Source of the DNA: an uncultured Verrucomicrobiae bacterium
GTDB lineage: Bacteria > Verrucomicrobiota > Verrucomicrobiia > Chthoniobacterales > Chthoniobacteraceae
DNA length: 64,000 nucleotides
Assembly (NCBI GenBank): GCA_963769025.1
Contig: CAVYKI010000002.1
Coordinates: 288,001-352,000, forward strand
Direction: 5' to 3'
Below, piece by piece: positions 60,050-64,000 of this stretch. The translations under genes and the position numbers were made by a program. The notes below the pieces were generated by a model, which was given only the letters and a program-made list of their open reading frames with translations, was not told the origin of the DNA and ran no database searches. Every line of letters starts with the position of its first letter. Within the stretch, counting starts at the first letter, position 1.

Positions 60050-61495
60050 TCAATCGTTGCCCTTCTTGCGGCCTTTGCCTTTGCCGGGTTTGGCGGCTGG
60101 GGTGGGCTTGATGTCCGTGTTCGGCGTTGGCATCGGAGCTTTGATCGCCTCGCGCCACGCGATCATCTTTGCGTGCAGTTCCTTCGCCTTCTCCGGCATT
60201 CTCTCGGCGAGGTTTTTCTTTTCGCCGATGTCGTCGCGGAGGTTGTAGAGTTCGAGCCGGCCGATCTTCGAAGAACTCCATCAGCTTCCAATCGCCCGAC
60301 TGGATGAGGCCGACGGGCGTGGTGCGCCACGTGCCGCCGCCCGACGCCGAGGTAGCCGGGGAAGTGCTGGAAGATCGCGTCGCGCTTCAGTGATGCGCCG
60401 GCATCGCGGAAGAGCGGCACGAGGCTTTCACCGTCGAGCACGTAGTTCGCCGGCGCGTTTCGCGCCGGCGATTTCGAGGAAGGTCGGGATACACATCCAC
60501 GTGGATCGCCGGCACGTCGCAGGTCGTGCCGGGCTTCGTCGACGCCGGGCCAGCGCACGATGAACGGCTCGCGCGTGCCGCCTTCGTAGAGGCTGCCTTT
60601 GCCGCTGCGCAGCGGTGCGTTGTCGGTGATGTCGCCGCCTTCTTGATGCCTTCGCGCACGTAGCCGCCGACGCCGCCGTTGTCGCTGGAGAAGATCAGCA
60701 CGGTGTTGTCCGCGAGCTTCAGTTCGTCGAGCAGCGCCATCACGCGGCCCACGCTTTCATCCACGCTCGCGATCATCGCCGCGTAGGTCGGGTTGTGATG
60801 TCCGCCCACGGCCGGCTTCGGCTTGAACTTCTCGATCAGCTCCTGCTTCGCCTGAAACGGCGAGTGGACGCCGAAGTGCGGCAGGTAGAGGAAGAACGGC
60901 TGCGTCCTTGTGCCGCCGGATGAAATCGACCGCCTTGTCGGTGAGGAAGTCGGCGAGGTAGGTGCCCTGCGGATACGTCGGTCTTCGGATTCGTCTCGAA
61001 GTCGAAGTGCTTGCCCATCGAGACGATCGCCTCGTCGAAGCCGCGCTGCGCTCGGATGATGCTCCGCCATCCTCGCCGAGGTGCCATTTGCCGAACATGC
61101 CGGTCGCGTAGCCCGCCGCCTTCAGCGATTGCGCGAGGTGATCTTGTCGAGCGGCAGCTTGTCCACGTTGTCCACCGGCCGCAGCGGGCGCGACTGCCAT
61201 TCGAAGCGGTCGATGCCGCCGACCGTGTAGACGCCGGTGCGCGGCACCGTATTGCCCGCTCATCAGCGCCGCGCGCGTGGGCTGGCAGTTCTGGCAGTTG
61301 TGATAGCGGGTGAGCCGCATGCCCTGCGCCGCGAGGCGATCGATGTTCGGCGTTTCGTAATACTTCGCTGCCCTGCACCGCGAGGTCGGTCCAGCCGAGA
61401 TCGTCGGCGAGGATGAAGATGATGTTCGGCTGCTTCGCCGCGTGCGCGGTGAGGGCGCACAGGAGCAGGCTTGCGAGGAAGATGAGAGGCCGCAT
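60050..61495 (-). CDS. Sulfatase (Cys-type), many frameshifts
   Basis: QPNIIFILADDLGW; NCQPTRAALMSG; GKWHLG; YAAMIASVDESVGR; SSDNGG; ELYNLRDD, spread over several frames. Confidence 0.85.
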
Positions 61496-61550
61496 GCAGG
61501 GAAGGACGTGATGTTTCATTGGATTCGCAGGTTCAGGATTCCGTCAGCGG

Positions 61551-62858
61551 CTAGTCTTGTTTGGCGAACCGTGCCGGGCGCGGGCCTTCAAACTGTTTGA
61601 GCGCCGTCTGCAACTTCGCCTTGGCCGCCTTCGCATTGGCATCGAGCCCCGGATCTGCGAGCGGCGATTTTTCGAGGTCGTCCTTATCGACGGCGTAGAA
61701 GCGGCCATCGGTGTACAGCTTGAAGTTGGCATCGTGCGTGAACTCGGCCGAGGCCTTCGGGCCGCCGCCCCGGTTATACCAGGCGTAGAGCCATTCGCGC
61801 GGGTTGCCTTTTTCGCCGCGGAGCTGCGGGAGGAAGCTGCGTCCGTCGATCTTCAGCTCGGCCGGAATGGGCGTGCCCGTCGCTTCGCAGATCGTCGGGA
61901 GAAAGTCCGTGGAGTCGATCAGGTCGGCGCACACTTTCCCGTTTGCGACGTGGCCGGGCCAGTTTCCGATGAAGGGGACGTGCGTGCCCCATGCCGTCGT
62001 CGTACCTTTGCCGCCGACCACATCGCGGCCCTTGAAACGCGACTTCGTTCCTTTGCCCGTCCCGTTGTCCCCGAGGACGAGTATCAGCGTGTTGTCGCGC
62101 AGTTTCAGTTCATCGAGCTTCGCCACGACCCGGCCGATCATTTTGTCCGCGTAGGTGACCATGTCGGGAAAATGTCCCGACGGGCCACGGCCCTTTCCTT
62201 TGCCGCCTTGGCCGCCTTTTGCATCGAGATAGTCGGCGCTGTCCGGCGTCGGATCGTAGGGATCGTGGGTGAGGATCATCGGGTAGTAGAGGAAGAAGGG
62301 CGCGTCCTTTTTCCGCGTGATGAAGTCGAGCGCGTAGTCGTTCACGAGGTCCGGGCCGTATTCGTTCATCGTGTAGTCGCGGAGCTTGCCGTTGATTTCG
62401 AGGCCGGGGTTTTTGTAGCGCCCGGGGCGGCGTGTGAGCTGCCAGAGCGCGTATTCGTCGAAGCCAAAAACGCCGGGCCCCTCGAGCCCGTTGCCGAGCT
62501 GCCACTTTCCTACAACGCACGTCGCGTAGCCCGCCTTCTTGAGGATGTTGCCAAAGGTCATCTGCGACGGATCGAGATGGCCGAATTGCGTGTAGTTGCG
62601 GCGATTGCTCATGCCGGTCATGAGCTGCACGCGCGTCGGCGTGCAGAGCGGCTGCACGTGGCACTGCTCAAAGCGCACGCCGGTCGCCGCGAGCCGGTCC
62701 ATCACGGGCGTCTTGTAGCTCTCGCCGCCGTTGGCGCTGACGCATTCGTAGCCAAAGTCGTCGATGAGAAAGAGGACGATGTTGGGCTTTCGCCCGGCGG
62801 CGTGGAGCGCGGCGAACGGGAGCATCAGGAGAGCGGCGAGTGCGGAGGGGAATTTCAT
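61551..62858 (-). CDS. Sulfatase (Cys-type)
   Basis: Signal peptide; KPNIVLFLIDDFG; LCTPTRVQLMTG; GKWQLG; GDNGT. Confidence 0.92.
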   Translation of the reverse strand: MKFPSALAALLMLPFAALHAAGRKPNIVLFLIDDFGYECVSANGGESYKTPVMDRLAATGVRFEQCHVQPLCTPTRVQLMTGMSNRRNYTQFGHLDPSQMTFGNILKKAGYATCVVGKWQLGNGLEGPGVFGFDEYALWQLTRRPGRYKNPGLEINGKLRDYTMNEYGPDLVNDYALDFITRKKDAPFFLYYPMILTHDPYDPTPDSADYLDAKGGQGGKGKGRGPSGHFPDMVTYADKMIGRVVAKLDELKLRDNTLILVLGDNGTGKGTKSRFKGRDVVGGKGTTTAWGTHVPFIGNWPGHVANGKVCADLIDSTDFLPTICEATGTPIPAELKIDGRSFLPQLRGEKGNPREWLYAWYNRGGGPKASAEFTHDANFKLYTDGRFYAVDKDDLEKSPLADPGLDANAKAAKAKLQTALKQFEGPRPARFAKQD

Positions 62859-63047
62859 CGGGGGATTTGGAGGATGCGGCGGTGGCCTGCCTGGCGAAGT
62901 CGCGCAGTTCGTTGGGGTCGGTATGAAGATTGAAGGGCTGCGCTTTGTCGATGCCGGGATCGCGATGTGACACCGGCGATGCGTGCAAATCGGAGCACAC
63001 AGCACTCCCACGTTGCCGTTCGCCGTGCGCGACCTCACATTTGGCAC

Positions 63048-64000
63048 ATGTTCCCACTCCCTGCTTCCGTTGTGCGCGTCGTCGCTTTTTCCCTCGGCTT
63101 CGCCGCGGCGGTGCAGGCGGTGGATTGGCCGGAGTGGCGGGGCAGGGGACGGACGGGCGTCTGGAATGAGACGGGCATCGTGGAGAAATTTCCGGAACCG
63201 GGTCTGAAGGTCGCGTGGCGCACTCCGCTGAATGGCGGCTACAGCGGGCCGGCGGTGGCGGATGGGCGGGTATTTGTCACGGACTTCGCGCCGACGGAGA
63301 GGAAGGGCGGGATCGAGCGCGCGCTGTGCCTTGATGAAAAGACGGGCACGATTTTGTGGAAGACGGAATGGCAGGCGGACTACGCGGGAATCTCGTACGA
63401 AACCGGCCCCCGTGCGACTCCGACGGTGGATGGCGAGCGGGTGTACGTGGTCGGCGGGCGCGGCATCTTGAATTGCCTTGAGACGAAGACGGGCCGCGTG
63501 GTGTGGGGCAAGGATTTCGTCGCGGATTACGGGCTCAGGCCGCCGCAGTGGGGCACGGCAAGCGCGCCGATCGTGGACGGGCCGCGCGTGATCTGCGTCG
63601 CCGGGGGCGGCGCGCAGGGCGCGACGCTCGTCGCCTTTGACAAACTGACCGGCAAGGAACTCTGGCGCGCGATCGAAACGAATGCCGAACCGGGCTACGG
63701 GCAGCCGATTCTCATCGAGGCCGGCGGCGCACGGCAGCTGATCTTCTGGCACTCGACGGCGCTCTTTTCGCTGAACCCGGAGACGGGCGCGATCTACTGG
63801 CAGGTGGCGTTTCCCGTGCGGGTCGGTCTCAGCATCGCCACGCCTGTGCACAACGGGAACCGGCTTTTCGTGAGCGCATTTTACAACGGCTCGCTGATGC
63901 TCGAACTCGATCCCAAGAAACCCGCGGCGCGTGAGGTGTGGCGGAGCAGCGTGGCGAGCGAGATCAACACGGGGGAATTGCATTCGCTCATCTCCACGCC
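63048..64000 (+). CDS. PQQ-binding-like (BamB-type) beta-propeller protein; 3' end lies outside the window
   Basis: Manual translation: ...AVQAVDWPEWRGRGRTG...GYSGPAVADGRVF...GPRATPTVDGERVY...LNCLETKTGRVVW. Confidence 0.88.
   Translation, partial: MFPLPASVVRVVAFSLGFAAAVQAVDWPEWRGRGRTGVWNETGIVEKFPEPGLKVAWRTPLNGGYSGPAVADGRVFVTDFAPTERKGGIERALCLDEKTGTILWKTEWQADYAGISYETGPRATPTVDGERVYVVGGRGILNCLETKTGRVVWGKDFVADYGLRPPQWGTASAPIVDGPRVICVAGGGAQGATLVAFDKLTGKELWRAIETNAEPGYGQPILIEAGGARQLIFWHSTALFSLNPETGAIYWQVAFPVRVGLSIATPVHNGNRLFVSAFYNGSLMLELDPKKPAAREVWRSSVASEINTGELHSLIST

Noticed and set aside
25280..61495. Widespread pseudogenisation or programmed frameshifting
   Set aside because: Many single-base indels hit unrelated genes whose motifs remain intact in the shifted frames; typical of unpolished long-read sequence. 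Read-level checking would settle it.

Overview
GC-rich bacterial chromosomal DNA. Gene content (DUF1552/DUF1588 module, multihaem cytochrome plus beta-propeller pair, four sulfatases, four SASA esterases, Calx-beta giant protein, DUF6288) suggests a PVC-superphylum organism, most likely Verrucomicrobiota; this is inference. About 40 genes are supported. I found no rRNA, tRNA, CRISPR-Cas, integrase or transposase. Many genes between 25 and 62 kb carry single-base frameshifts, best explained as uncorrected long-read indels rather than pseudogenes. Most interesting items: (1) a compact, translationally coupled type VII-like cluster (three WXG100-like helical proteins plus an unusual FtsK/EssC-like ATPase) at 5.1-10.1 kb in an apparent diderm; (2) a module at 49.6-51.9 kb with a 13 x 21-bp array, a candidate sigma-54 promoter whose upstream sites match palindromes in front of the NtrC-family gene at 2.9-4.2 kb, and two signal-less genes for an FN3 protein and a collagen-like protein, located at a local C-to-G strand-skew switch; (3) a four-helix-bundle gene bracketed by inverted heptamer arrays; (4) several REP-like and inverted-repeat elements. 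All functional calls come from motif recognition by eye; no database searches were run.
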